Assembly (NCBI GenBank): GCA_002352645.1
Contig: DEIU01000098.1
Location: 11,278 to 62,971 of the forward strand
DNA: 51,694 nt
Reading direction: 5' to 3'
From: Acidimicrobiia bacterium UBA2766
Lineage (GTDB): Bacteria > Actinomycetota > Acidimicrobiia > UBA2766
Made by a program: the position numbers and the translations under genes. The notes below the pieces were generated by a model, which saw only the letters and a program-made list of their open reading frames with translations, was not told the DNA's origin and did not search any database. This document shows positions 8,088-17,775 of this stretch, piece after piece (within the stretch, counting starts at the first letter, position 1; the number at the start of each line of letters is the position of its first letter).

Positions 8088-10130
8088 TTAAAACGACAGG
8101 CTTTCAAGCGGCGGCAACTCCGCTGCACGCCGCTGTGCACGTGAAGCTGTCTGGCACATCCGCCCGTCCAGAAAAAGCAGATCGAGCGGGAAAGCAAGCA
8201 AGAACTCCAGCGCGTCTGCAGGGGTTTCCACAATCGGTTCCCCCGGTCCATTGAAAGAAGTGTTCAAAAGGACAGGCACACTCGTGATGCGGTGGAACTC
8301 CGAAAGCAGTCGATAGATCCCCCCATTAGCGGGACTTACAGTTTGTACACAGGCGGAGCCGTCCACGTGCGTCACGGAAGGAATGCGCGTATCGCGAACT
8401 CCCGCAGTGAAAAGCATGTAAGGAGAAGTATCCGGGAGATCACGAAACCACAATGCTGCCTCGTCTTCCAACACCATAGGAGCGAAAGGCCGCCAGAATT
8501 CCCGCCTTTTCACAAGATTCACGCGCCGGCAGTTATCGGGGTCGCGCGGGTCAATCAGGATGGAACGGTGCCCAAGCGCCCGCGGGCCAATTTCGCTCCT
8601 TCCCTCAAACCAACCCACAATCTCACCGCGAGCAAGAGCATATGCTGCAGCGCATGCAGGATCGGCGACTTTTGTCGAAACTATTTGCAGACCCAATGCT
8701 TTAATAGCATCATCTATTCCGTCGGCAGAGGATCGCAATCCATAGTAAACCCGACAAGAATCCGATGTTTTCTCTTGCAACACTATTTTCTCTCGCCCGA
8801 GAGGCATGTCCGCTTTTCCTGAGGCAAACACACGAGGGTACCCAAGCACAGTGTGATACAAAGCGAGCGCAGACCCCAGGGAAAGACCCGTGTCATTACA
8901 AGCTGGAGGAACCCGCACGTCAGAGAAAACCGTCTCTTTACACAAACGCGTATTCGTCGGACAATTAAGCGCAGTTCCACCAGAAAGACAAAGAGTCGAA
9001 GTCTTCAAGTCCGATTGTTGCAAGGCACTTACCAGCGCGCGCGCTGCCCGAAGCAGAGACTCTTCGAACAGTTTTTGTGTGCTTGCAGCGGCGTCCACAT
9101 TTATCGGATCAAGCATGCGCGCAGGGTCGCCAAGGTGCATCAGGTCATGCCCCAATAACCTGGCGTTCCCCTCAATATGGGAAATCCAATGAGAAGAAGT
9201 CCGCCACATCCCAGGTCGCGTCCCGTCGTCATACCAGTTTCCGGCAAACTGGTCGTTGTAAAAACGAGGACTGCCATAAGAAGCAAGCCCCATGAGTTTT
9301 CCCGCCCCACTCATGAGACCAAGGCCGAGACGGGACGCCGTGAAATCGTACAGCTCGCCCACAGCAAGATAATGCGGTGTGAGCACTCGCAAGACGCCGG
9401 CTTCGCCGTAACAAAAAAGCCCTGACTCGATCCCTACCGGATGGGCACCATCATGGGTGAGAATCCCGGCTTGTTCCGCCCCACTCTCAAAAAACGCATA
9501 TGCAGCATGCGCGAAATGGTGGGAAAACAAAAAAGACGGCAATGGGTGGCCGAACAATTCGACGGTGACCGGCCAGTGAAACCCGAGAGAAGAACGCCGG
9601 TCGCGCAGCAGCGCACGATAGTCAGTCGTGGCAATACGTTCAAGACTGCGTGACACATCCCAGAGTGGGTGCCAAAAATATTCTTCCCCTGTGCCACAGG
9701 CGGCAACACCGCGCATCTCCCTTTGTTCTTCTCCTGTGAGAAAAGAACTGTACTCCTGCCCCGAAGTCTCGACAAAAGCGCTACGCAGGGCAAACTGATG
9801 AGAAAATGGCCAAATTTCCTGGGCCGCAGGATCCTCTTCATAGAGAGGGCACGCCACATCGCACTCCGGCAGCCGTTCATAGCCCACCCAAAGTTCGTCC
9901 TCGTCCCAGAGAACAGCCTCCAAATTTTGCGTGGAAGTCACCGTACAATAATCGATGTCCCGCGGAGAAATAGCGCAGTCCACAAGCAATTGCCGCACAT
10001 CGTCAGCGCGTAACCCAAGCGCGTGTTTCACACGCACACGACGTTCCTTCTGCACACACGCCACAACGGTTCCGTCTTCAATAAGAGCTGCAGAAGCGTC
10101 ATGCCCGAAATGCAAACCCAGAATCCTCAT
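8088..10130 (-). CDS. O-carbamoyltransferase (NodU/CmcH/TobZ family)
   Basis: MRILG..GHDASAAL, HHFAHA, GKLMGLASYG, SGGTALNC, GPRALGHRSIL, KRREFWRPFAP, LLNTSFN. Confidence 0.95.
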   Translation of the reverse strand: MRILGLHFGHDASAALIEDGTVVACVQKERRVRVKHALGLRADDVRQLLVDCAISPRDIDYCTVTSTQNLEAVLWDEDELWVGYERLPECDVACPLYEEDPAAQEIWPFSHQFALRSAFVETSGQEYSSFLTGEEQREMRGVAACGTGEEYFWHPLWDVSRSLERIATTDYRALLRDRRSSLGFHWPVTVELFGHPLPSFLFSHHFAHAAYAFFESGAEQAGILTHDGAHPVGIESGLFCYGEAGVLRVLTPHYLAVGELYDFTASRLGLGLMSGAGKLMGLASYGSPRFYNDQFAGNWYDDGTRPGMWRTSSHWISHIEGNARLLGHDLMHLGDPARMLDPINVDAAASTQKLFEESLLRAARALVSALQQSDLKTSTLCLSGGTALNCPTNTRLCKETVFSDVRVPPACNDTGLSLGSALALYHTVLGYPRVFASGKADMPLGREKIVLQEKTSDSCRVYYGLRSSADGIDDAIKALGLQIVSTKVADPACAAAYALARGEIVGWFEGRSEIGPRALGHRSILIDPRDPDNCRRVNLVKRREFWRPFAPMVLEDEAALWFRDLPDTSPYMLFTAGVRDTRIPSVTHVDGSACVQTVSPANGGIYRLLSEFHRITSVPVLLNTSFNGPGEPIVETPADALEFLLAFPLDLLFLDGRMCQTASRAQRRAAELPPLESLSF

Positions 10131-10608
10131 GTGGTGCCCTATCACTGACTAATCCCATGAACCACCCAAAAGGACTACCCCAAGATGGACCAAGGATCGC
10201 CGAAAACAAGACCCCACAGAAAAAACCACAAAGAAGTCGCGTCACGTAGCTGCTACCTGACGACTACCCACAAACCAGCGCAGGACCATCCGCGTCCTGC
10301 ATCGACAGACTGCCACAAATTCTTAAGCATCATGTCACACGGCAGTCTTCAAGCTCGACACACCTTCCGCCTCCAGTACTTTTTCCTATTTATCCCCAGA
10401 AAACCCACCCAACAGCTCTGCCGAAAATATCTATCGAAACAAAAACAACAGAGAAGCGCTCAAGTAAGCATCGAGCAACAGACTGCAAAAAACCGGCAAA
10501 AAAGAACACGCCAAGAAAAAGGCTACAGCCAAAGAAAAGACACACCGATCCCAGGAAAAGTCCTGCAAAAGCCGCAAGTATCTGCCAAGAAGAAGCAGGG
10601 AAAAACCT

Positions 10609-12009
10609 ATGACCGCTCCTGTTTCTGCTGCTCCAGTCACACTCCTCGGTGGAGAAGTACATACCTTGGTGGCAGCAGCCGATCTCCTCGCTGCAGGCGA
10701 AAAAGTGACTGCTTGGCTGCCCCGCCAAAGGATCGGCGGAGGTGTTGCCCCTTTTCAGCCGGAACATACATCGCTTCCGCTCGGCTTTCGCCTGCTTGAA
10801 CTCGATTATGAAGAAAGCCAAGCACCACCTCGGCTTGAGGAGTACCGGCCAGGATGTCCTGGACACCGCCCGTTCATCCGCGTTGTCGCAGGCTATCTTG
10901 AAGACCTGGTAGGAGACGCCATCGTGACACTTCCTCCTACTCGCATGTGGACAAGAGGCCGGTTTGTTCCCGATATCCTCCACACGGTTGACCTCTCCCC
11001 ATTACCGGCAATGCTCGACAGCCAAACCCGCCGGCGTGTCTGTCGTGAGTTGCGCGAAAACCTCCACAAAAAAGACACTGCTCCCCTGCTCCTAGGAGAA
11101 AAACACCCGATTCAGCTGCAGAAACACTCTTACGCTGCGGTGTCACGTGCCAATCACGGCGCAACATTTGACAAGGAATTCATCACGCCTGTGGCCGAAA
11201 AAATTCTGCCTGGACAATGGCAGGACGTCCCGGCTGATCTGCGGCGAAAAATCTGGATGCCGCTCTTTTACCCCGCCACTTTACAAGCAGCATGCGAAAA
11301 TAAACCGCTCTCTTTCCGCCCGCACCGACCATACAGCCGCTTACAAAACGGGAACTTTGATCTGATTACCCAGCGTCTTCTTGCCCGTATCTCTACACAT
11401 CCACACGCAGATATTCACTGGTATGACCAATGCGAAGGCCTTGCCCCCGCGAGAAAAGGCATACATGTTCGCCTCGATGGGGCCTCCCATACGATATCTC
11501 CGCCTGTGCTCCTCGGTCTTCCACCTGAACACATATTTACCGCTGCCGGAATACCTTGCGCTCTTCCCAAAGCCCGCGTTGTTGTGGTGTGGGCAGAAGT
11601 GGAAACAGACAACACTACAGCAGGCCCCGAGCTTCTTCTCACCATCGACAAAGAAATCGATATACACCGTGTGAGTTTTGCTCCCAGCCCAAAAAAACCT
11701 GGGCGTTTGCTTCTTGTGACAGAACTGCGCGGCGACTTGTCGGGAGACCCCTGGCAAGCAGCAGAAAATGGCCTACGTGCCATGGGTGTCGTGCGAAAAA
11801 ACGCGCCCCTGCATAGCGCAGGCTGCCTCGACGCACCCGCGCTTCCCGTCCCCAGTTTTGCCGCACGCGCTGTCTTCAACAAGGCAAAAGAAGGCTTCAC
11901 ACAGCTTGGCCTACAGGCCCATTTGTTCGGCGCAGCAGAAATATTCGGCGCGAACAATTTAAACGAACAGATTATGCAGGGAATCACAATCGCAAGGAGC
12001 CTCTCGTGA
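10609..12009 (+). CDS. Putative FAD/NAD(P)-binding oxidoreductase with degenerate Rossmann motif
   Basis: TLLGGEVHTLVAAADL...IGGG...LGFRLLE resembles protoporphyrinogen oxidase/UDP-galactopyranose mutase-like proteins; first gene of the operon, GTGA overlap with the next gene. Confidence 0.55.
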   Translation: MTAPVSAAPVTLLGGEVHTLVAAADLLAAGEKVTAWLPRQRIGGGVAPFQPEHTSLPLGFRLLELDYEESQAPPRLEEYRPGCPGHRPFIRVVAGYLEDLVGDAIVTLPPTRMWTRGRFVPDILHTVDLSPLPAMLDSQTRRRVCRELRENLHKKDTAPLLLGEKHPIQLQKHSYAAVSRANHGATFDKEFITPVAEKILPGQWQDVPADLRRKIWMPLFYPATLQAACENKPLSFRPHRPYSRLQNGNFDLITQRLLARISTHPHADIHWYDQCEGLAPARKGIHVRLDGASHTISPPVLLGLPPEHIFTAAGIPCALPKARVVVVWAEVETDNTTAGPELLLTIDKEIDIHRVSFAPSPKKPGRLLLVTELRGDLSGDPWQAAENGLRAMGVVRKNAPLHSAGCLDAPALPVPSFAARAVFNKAKEGFTQLGLQAHLFGAAEIFGANNLNEQIMQGITIARSLS

Positions 12010-13661
12010 CCGTCACTCCCGATCTTTTGGACAAGATCGCCACAGATCTCTATCTGTCACCTGACTTTTCGGACCTGCATATTGAACAGGCTATGCACGA
12101 GCACAGCGTCCCACAACTTCTCACCGCGCTCGGCTCTGCCAAGCATGTGCTTGAACTGGGATACGGCAACGGGATTTTGACAGAGTTCCTACTCTCCATG
12201 GGCATACAACCAGAAATAGTCGAAGGCTCCCCTCTCCTGTGTGGCCAAATACAAGAGCGTCACGGCAACAGTGTCATCTGCCATGAAGCACTTTTCGCCG
12301 AGTTTTCTCCGCCTCGCCCCTACGAAGCAGTCTTCGCCTTGTATATCTTGGAACACGTCGACTGCCCTCGCACATTTTTGCAGCAGGCAGCCGAATGGGT
12401 GACCCCCGGAGGACTGTTTTTTGCGGCAGTCCCAAATCGCAACTCTCTGCACCGCCGCCTCGCAATACACATGGGCATTCAAGAAAAACTGCAAGACCTT
12501 TCCTCACGAGACCATGCAGTCGGCCATCAACGCGTCTACGACCTGCCCACCCTCAGGAGCGACCTCACCGCAGCCGGTCTCACTCCAGTACAAGAAATGG
12601 GATTCTTTCTCAAACCACTGCCGAACTCCATGATGCTCGACTATCCCCCCGCCCTCATTGCCGCTTTGAACAAGGTAGGAGAAGGGCTTCCCCCTGAACT
12701 CATGGCCAATATCGCAATCATGGCACGTCGCGACACCACACCAACCACGACTGTGCCCACCACAGTGCCCACAGTGCCCAATGGAGCAGGGGACCACGCC
12801 ACTGTGCCCAGGAGAAAGCCTGCTACAGCAACCACGACAACCCTCTCAGAGCAGTCTGTCAGCATCAAGCCGTCCCAGTCTTCTTCCGAACCCTCTGCCC
12901 ACGCCACGGCCTCGCATTCACCTTGTAGCTTTGAGGATTTCCGCCGCATGGCCTGCGACCGGAGTCTTGATGAGAACGAGAAAATCGACGACCCATTGCA
13001 CACGCGCGAAGGCAAAGAAGAAGCCATATTCGCCGACATTCTCACAAAAGCCCTGGCCGACTGCCCTCCCGGTGGCAGGATTGTCGAGATCGGGCCAGGC
13101 TGCGGTCGGCTTCCCCAGCTTCTTCTGCAACACTGCGTCGCAGCCAAACAGCAGCTCACACTCGTCGACAGCGCCGAGATGCTGGCATTACTCCCCTCCC
13201 CCCAGGGAATAAGAAAAGTCGCTGGATGCTTTCCGCAGGGCAAGGCAGCGCTCTCACACCAAATCGGACAGGTTGATCTCGTACTCGCCTACAGTTTGGC
13301 CCACTATATTGTGGCGCACGCGGACATTTGGGCTTTTTGTGACGCCGCCCTCTCTTTGCTTGCACCTGGAGGGCGTCTTTTGATCGGCGATATTCCCAGC
13401 CTATCGAAACGCGAGAGATTCCTCGCTTCTGCCGCCGGCGCGGCCTTTCATCGTGCCCATTATGGTGACCGGCCACTGCCCCGGAGGCTGCAACAAAATC
13501 CGGCAAAAGACGAAACGAAGCCAGACGGCATTGACGACTCGCTGGTTTTTGCCCTCTTGCAGCGAGGACACGCCGTTGGCATCGACGCGTATCTTTTGCC
13601 GCAACCACCACATCTTCCAATGGCAAACCGCCGCGTCGATCTTTTGTTTTGCCGCCCCTAA
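12006..13661 (+). CDS. Tandem double class I SAM-dependent methyltransferase
   Basis: Domain 1: VLELGYGNG...ILEHV...PGG.FFAAVPN. Domain 2: IVEIGPGCG...LLAPGGRLLIGDIP. Thr/Pro linker between them. Confidence 0.9.
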   Translation: MTVTPDLLDKIATDLYLSPDFSDLHIEQAMHEHSVPQLLTALGSAKHVLELGYGNGILTEFLLSMGIQPEIVEGSPLLCGQIQERHGNSVICHEALFAEFSPPRPYEAVFALYILEHVDCPRTFLQQAAEWVTPGGLFFAAVPNRNSLHRRLAIHMGIQEKLQDLSSRDHAVGHQRVYDLPTLRSDLTAAGLTPVQEMGFFLKPLPNSMMLDYPPALIAALNKVGEGLPPELMANIAIMARRDTTPTTTVPTTVPTVPNGAGDHATVPRRKPATATTTTLSEQSVSIKPSQSSSEPSAHATASHSPCSFEDFRRMACDRSLDENEKIDDPLHTREGKEEAIFADILTKALADCPPGGRIVEIGPGCGRLPQLLLQHCVAAKQQLTLVDSAEMLALLPSPQGIRKVAGCFPQGKAALSHQIGQVDLVLAYSLAHYIVAHADIWAFCDAALSLLAPGGRLLIGDIPSLSKRERFLASAAGAAFHRAHYGDRPLPRRLQQNPAKDETKPDGIDDSLVFALLQRGHAVGIDAYLLPQPPHLPMANRRVDLLFCRP

Positions 13662-13666
13662 GGTGG

Positions 13667-13703
13667 CTCCCCAGCTCCCCAGCTCCCCGACTCCCAGCTC
13701 CCC
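13667..13703. repeat. Imperfect short tandem repeat of (C)CCCAGCT units
   Basis: ctccccagctccccagctccccgactcccagctcccc directly after the MTase stop. Confidence 0.7.
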
Positions 13704-13857
13704 GGACTGGTGTGGTCGTCGCGCTGAGAGTCGCCACGCGCGCTCAATCCCGAAACAACTGTTGACGATAAAAGCGGAGAGTGCGCCCTGTCTCGACCGC
13801 ACAACAAGACTCGCACAACAAAACAGGACAACAAGGCAGCACAAAGAAAGGAGGCAA

Positions 13858-16029
13858 GTGGCAGAAAAAAGCGCGACGCTTCGCCCTTACAGGGGCACAA
13901 AGCCACAGCGACGTTTGGCGGAACTCCTCCCGCTGAGCACTCCCTTGTCTGTTCTCATCGACCCGGGAAACATCTGCAATTTTCGCTGTGTTTTCTGCCC
14001 GACAGGAGATCGGAAGATGGCAGCGAGTAGACCGAAGGGCCGCATGCCCTTCGAGCTGTTCGTAAAAATCGTCGACGACCTCAGCACTTTCCCTCGCAAA
14101 GTTGAGCGTCTCCATCTTTACAAAGACGGAGAACCCCTGCTCCATCCGAGATTCCCCGACATGGTCGCCTATGCAAAAACAAAAAATATTGCGGACATGG
14201 TCGAGACCACAACGAACGGGTCTTTGCTCACCGCAGAAAAAGTAACGGCCCTGCTCGACGCCGGCCTCGACGGCATTCGCGTCTCGGTGTACGGAGTCGA
14301 CAATGGCAGCTATAAAAAACTTACCCGATCATTTTCCGACTATGCACGCATCAAACAACATCTCTCATTTCTCTGGGCCGAAAAAGAACGACGCAACGCC
14401 CCCCTGCGTATCCATGTAAAGATCATTGATACTGGCCTGCGCGCAGCAGAACGGGAGCAGTTTTGCCAGGACTTTGCGCCGATCTCCGACTCGCTCAATG
14501 TCGACGCCATCATGGGATGGTCGGGCACAGGCGAAAAAGATCTGACACTTGGCCTCAACCCCGTCACAGGCCCACAAAATCTCACAAGCTTGCAGCAGAA
14601 CCGAGTGATCTGCCCCGAGCCTTTCAAAACAATGGCCGTGAATTTTAATGGGGCCGTGTCAGTCTGCTGTGTGGACTGGAGTTTCGACACAATCATCGGA
14701 GACGCGACACACACATCTCTGGTCGATATCTGGAACGGAGAAGAACTGCAGCGTTTCCGGCACATGCACCTGATGGGGCGACGCGAAGAGATCTCCGCCT
14801 GTGCAGGCTGTCATTATGCACTCGGCTGCCCGCAAGAAAGTGACCTCGATCCCGAACAAGCGCGCCTCTCACACGTGTTTTCTGTCATGCCGCCACCAAA
14901 AGCATGCGCAGACACTCTCCCGAAAAAAGAGCGCACGGACCACAAAAAAGCGCAGGCAGCAAGCGGAGACAGGATCATGTCTTCAGACCTCGGGCCGGTC
15001 GCCCTTGCCCATGGTCTCGCTGCAGAAATCATCTTGCCATCGCCTTATGCCGAAGCGTTTTTTCATATGAGCCCCTTCGACACACGTCATGTTGCAGAAA
15101 ACGCGGCCCTCGCCTGTGCCGCAGGATCGCAGCTGCATGAGCCCAACTGGAATGCACTGTTGGGGGATGCCGACTGTCATATCCTCACGCCCAATGCTCG
15201 GGCGGCGATTTTTCTCGCACTCAGCATGCTTCACCTCAAGAGCGACGACGAAGTGCTCATTGTCACAAGCTCAGCTTCGCCCTACGTGAGTAGTTGTGTC
15301 ACAGAACAGATCGCACGGGTGTGCCGGGCAGCGCGTACTTTGTCGCACCGAACGCGAGCGGTGCTCCTGATCCACGAGTTCGGTTTCCCAGCCACGCTAC
15401 CCAAAGAAGTGGCAAAAACCGTGTCAGAGACAGGGATACCCGTGATCGAAGACTGTGCCTACGCTCTCGGGTCTACTACAGACGGGAGAGCAGATGGAAG
15501 AGCGGTCGGACGCCAGGGAAATTTTGCCGTCTACAGCTTCTCGAAAGCCTTCCCTGTGCAGTATGGCGGGCTGCTCGCGCTGCGCGCTGCTCCGGCCCAG
15601 CTGCACACCCTGAAAAAATACGCAGAAAAAACAGAGGCAGAGCAGCTCAGCCCCGCAGGACGCCATTATCTTTTGGCTTCTCTTGCGCCCCGTCTCGCCC
15701 AGCGGGAAGAGGCATTTGCACGTCGCCGCCGGCTCTACGCGCTCTATCAAGAACTTTTTGCTGCCCGCGGGATCTCTGCACGTTTTTCGCTCGAGCAGGG
15801 AATCGTCCCTCACGCTTTTGTTGTTGGATTACCTGAGTCACGCGGCATCACACTCAAACCTCTTTTGCAGGCAGCAGGTATCGAGTCGAGCGTCTTCTAC
15901 GGAGGCGACGGGTATTTTCTCCCGAATCATCAGACAATGACCGAGACAGATGTCGTGTATATCGTGGAAAATTTCTGGGCTGCATGGGCTCATGCAGAAA
16001 ACAGCGCCCAAAAGGCAGAGATCGCATGA
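13858..16029 (+). CDS. Radical SAM/SPASM(twitch) domain fused to a DegT/DnrJ/EryC1/StrS PLP aminotransferase
   Basis: AAGGAGG RBS then GTG 13858; CNFRCVFC; GEPLLHP; CPEPF...CC...CAGC; then IHEFG, IEDCAY, YSFSK (PLP Lys), LPNHQ. Confidence 0.9.
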   Translation: MAEKSATLRPYRGTKPQRRLAELLPLSTPLSVLIDPGNICNFRCVFCPTGDRKMAASRPKGRMPFELFVKIVDDLSTFPRKVERLHLYKDGEPLLHPRFPDMVAYAKTKNIADMVETTTNGSLLTAEKVTALLDAGLDGIRVSVYGVDNGSYKKLTRSFSDYARIKQHLSFLWAEKERRNAPLRIHVKIIDTGLRAAEREQFCQDFAPISDSLNVDAIMGWSGTGEKDLTLGLNPVTGPQNLTSLQQNRVICPEPFKTMAVNFNGAVSVCCVDWSFDTIIGDATHTSLVDIWNGEELQRFRHMHLMGRREEISACAGCHYALGCPQESDLDPEQARLSHVFSVMPPPKACADTLPKKERTDHKKAQAASGDRIMSSDLGPVALAHGLAAEIILPSPYAEAFFHMSPFDTRHVAENAALACAAGSQLHEPNWNALLGDADCHILTPNARAAIFLALSMLHLKSDDEVLIVTSSASPYVSSCVTEQIARVCRAARTLSHRTRAVLLIHEFGFPATLPKEVAKTVSETGIPVIEDCAYALGSTTDGRADGRAVGRQGNFAVYSFSKAFPVQYGGLLALRAAPAQLHTLKKYAEKTEAEQLSPAGRHYLLASLAPRLAQREEAFARRRRLYALYQELFAARGISARFSLEQGIVPHAFVVGLPESRGITLKPLLQAAGIESSVFYGGDGYFLPNHQTMTETDVVYIVENFWAAWAHAENSAQKAEIA

Positions 16030-17048
16030 CAGAAACTTCTCTTTCTCAACCGGCCCCCATGACGCAGGACAGCAGCCCACCTGCAGCAACACCGGCAACA
16101 TCCAGAAAAACACCCTTGCAGTCACCCGCTGCCCCCGGAGCTGTGCCCCACGCGGACGAACTTACGCCCGGTGAGCGACACGCCGTATGGGAAGTGGACG
16201 GGACAAAAATCGGTTTTACCATCGAAGGCGACACCAGAAGGGGACAAGACACAGTGCTGTTCCTCTCTGGGGACGACCCCATCAAAGGCTGCACCTGGCA
16301 AGAAGAGGGCTACCATGTGGCAAGCTTCCTCGAAACACCCGGCTTTGCCTCTCTCCTCTCTCATATCACAAACCTCATACATACTCATATTGAGCAGTAT
16401 CGTGCGACAAAAGAACCCATTCCGCCGGTTCCTCTTCCCGCGCGCGATCTCTCTTCTCCCACCGAATTTTCCCTTACTTCTTACCATGCATGGGCAGACG
16501 AGCAGTGCCACACAGACCTGATGACACGGCTGCAAGCCGGCCTGCCCCTGACTGACCTGCCTCTCCCCCCAGAGACCATGGAAAACCGAGTGAGCCGGCT
16601 CCTCGGGCGACAGATGTCTTGGGAGCACCCCAGCTCTGAAAATTGCGCTTTTGCAAGACCTCTATTCTTCATACGGATTGTCCGTCCGCATTCCCAGGAC
16701 CACACTCCCCCGCACCGAGACAGCCGGCTCGGATACTGCCCGAACGGGATCACCGTCCATGTTCCCCTCGCGGGAAGCACCTCGATTTCATCTTTGGCTC
16801 TTGCGCCAAGCAGTCATTTATGGAACGAGAAAGAAATCGAACGCACCTGCCCCGGCGCTCGTGTGAACGGTATACCCTCGCGAGTTCCTGCCATTGTGTC
16901 ATGTGCAGCCGGCATGCAACTCACGCGTCCCAACCCGCGCGCAAATGAAGTCCTGCTCTTCACACCACACCTTATCCATGGCGCAGACATCAACAGCACA
17001 ACCTCCACAACACGCGTCACACTTGAGTTCAGACTCTGGCCCGTGTAG
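16026..17048 (+). CDS. Phytanoyl-CoA dioxygenase-like (2OG/Fe(II)) protein
   Basis: ATGA overlap; PHRD (HxD), VPL, L.PSSH, LIHG..N...TRVTLEFR. Confidence 0.8.
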   Translation: MTETSLSQPAPMTQDSSPPAATPATSRKTPLQSPAAPGAVPHADELTPGERHAVWEVDGTKIGFTIEGDTRRGQDTVLFLSGDDPIKGCTWQEEGYHVASFLETPGFASLLSHITNLIHTHIEQYRATKEPIPPVPLPARDLSSPTEFSLTSYHAWADEQCHTDLMTRLQAGLPLTDLPLPPETMENRVSRLLGRQMSWEHPSSENCAFARPLFFIRIVRPHSQDHTPPHRDSRLGYCPNGITVHVPLAGSTSISSLALAPSSHLWNEKEIERTCPGARVNGIPSRVPAIVSCAAGMQLTRPNPRANEVLLFTPHLIHGADINSTTSTTRVTLEFRLWPV

Positions 17049-17184
17049 GACATTAGCGTATCAGCAGTAGGAGGCCACTCCAAAGCGGACTCATCAAAAA
17101 AACATGAAACCCCACCAAGCACCAGCAACCCATCGTGCATACCCGGGAGGACAGCAATCCAAGCAAGATAGAGAAGGACGCGAT

Positions 17185-17775
17185 ATGGAACAGATGACAG
17201 CACACCACACATACGAAACCCCAGTGCATACTCCTGAGAAAGAAAAACCGCTCGTCTTTGAAACCGGTACACACACTGCGGACCCCAATGAGATGCCGGC
17301 CTTCTCCGGTCCCAGAGAGAAAAGAGCAGCACCGCAATACGCCCGTCTCATTGATCTTCCCGTGATACGGGACTTACGCGGCAGCCTGACCTACATCGAA
17401 GGATTTCACCATATTCCATTCGAGATCAAACGCGTCTATTACTTGTACGACGTACCAGGAGGGGCTTCACGCGGAGGCCATGCCCACAAACAACTCGAAC
17501 AACTGCTTATCGCGATATCGGGAAGTTTCGATGTGATTCTCGACGATGGGCAAACACGACAAATCTTCCCATTAAACCGCTCTTACCTCGGCCTGCACAT
17601 TCCCCGCATGGTGTGGCGCGAACTCGACAACTTCTCCTCAGGATCTGTCTGCCTGGTGCTTGCCTCAGATGTTTACGAAGAAGACGACTACTACAGGAAC
17701 TATGACGAATTCATCACGGAGGCAACACGCACAACAGAACCTGGAGATGCTTGCCCAACGAGGGGGTCCACATGA
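17185..17775 (+). CDS. fdtA: dTDP-4-keto-6-deoxyhexose 3,4-ketoisomerase (FdtA/QdtA/WxcM cupin)
   Basis: DLRGSL, IPFEIKRVYYLYDVP, RGGHAHK, FSSGSVCLVLAS..Y.E.DY.RNY. Confidence 0.93.
   Translation: MEQMTAHHTYETPVHTPEKEKPLVFETGTHTADPNEMPAFSGPREKRAAPQYARLIDLPVIRDLRGSLTYIEGFHHIPFEIKRVYYLYDVPGGASRGGHAHKQLEQLLIAISGSFDVILDDGQTRQIFPLNRSYLGLHIPRMVWRELDNFSSGSVCLVLASDVYEEDDYYRNYDEFITEATRTTEPGDACPTRGST

Noticed and set aside
13453-13857. 135-aa N-terminal extension of the radical SAM fusion in the ORF track
   Set aside because: Overlaps the MTase gene and a repeat; strong AAGGAGG RBS supports GTG 13858
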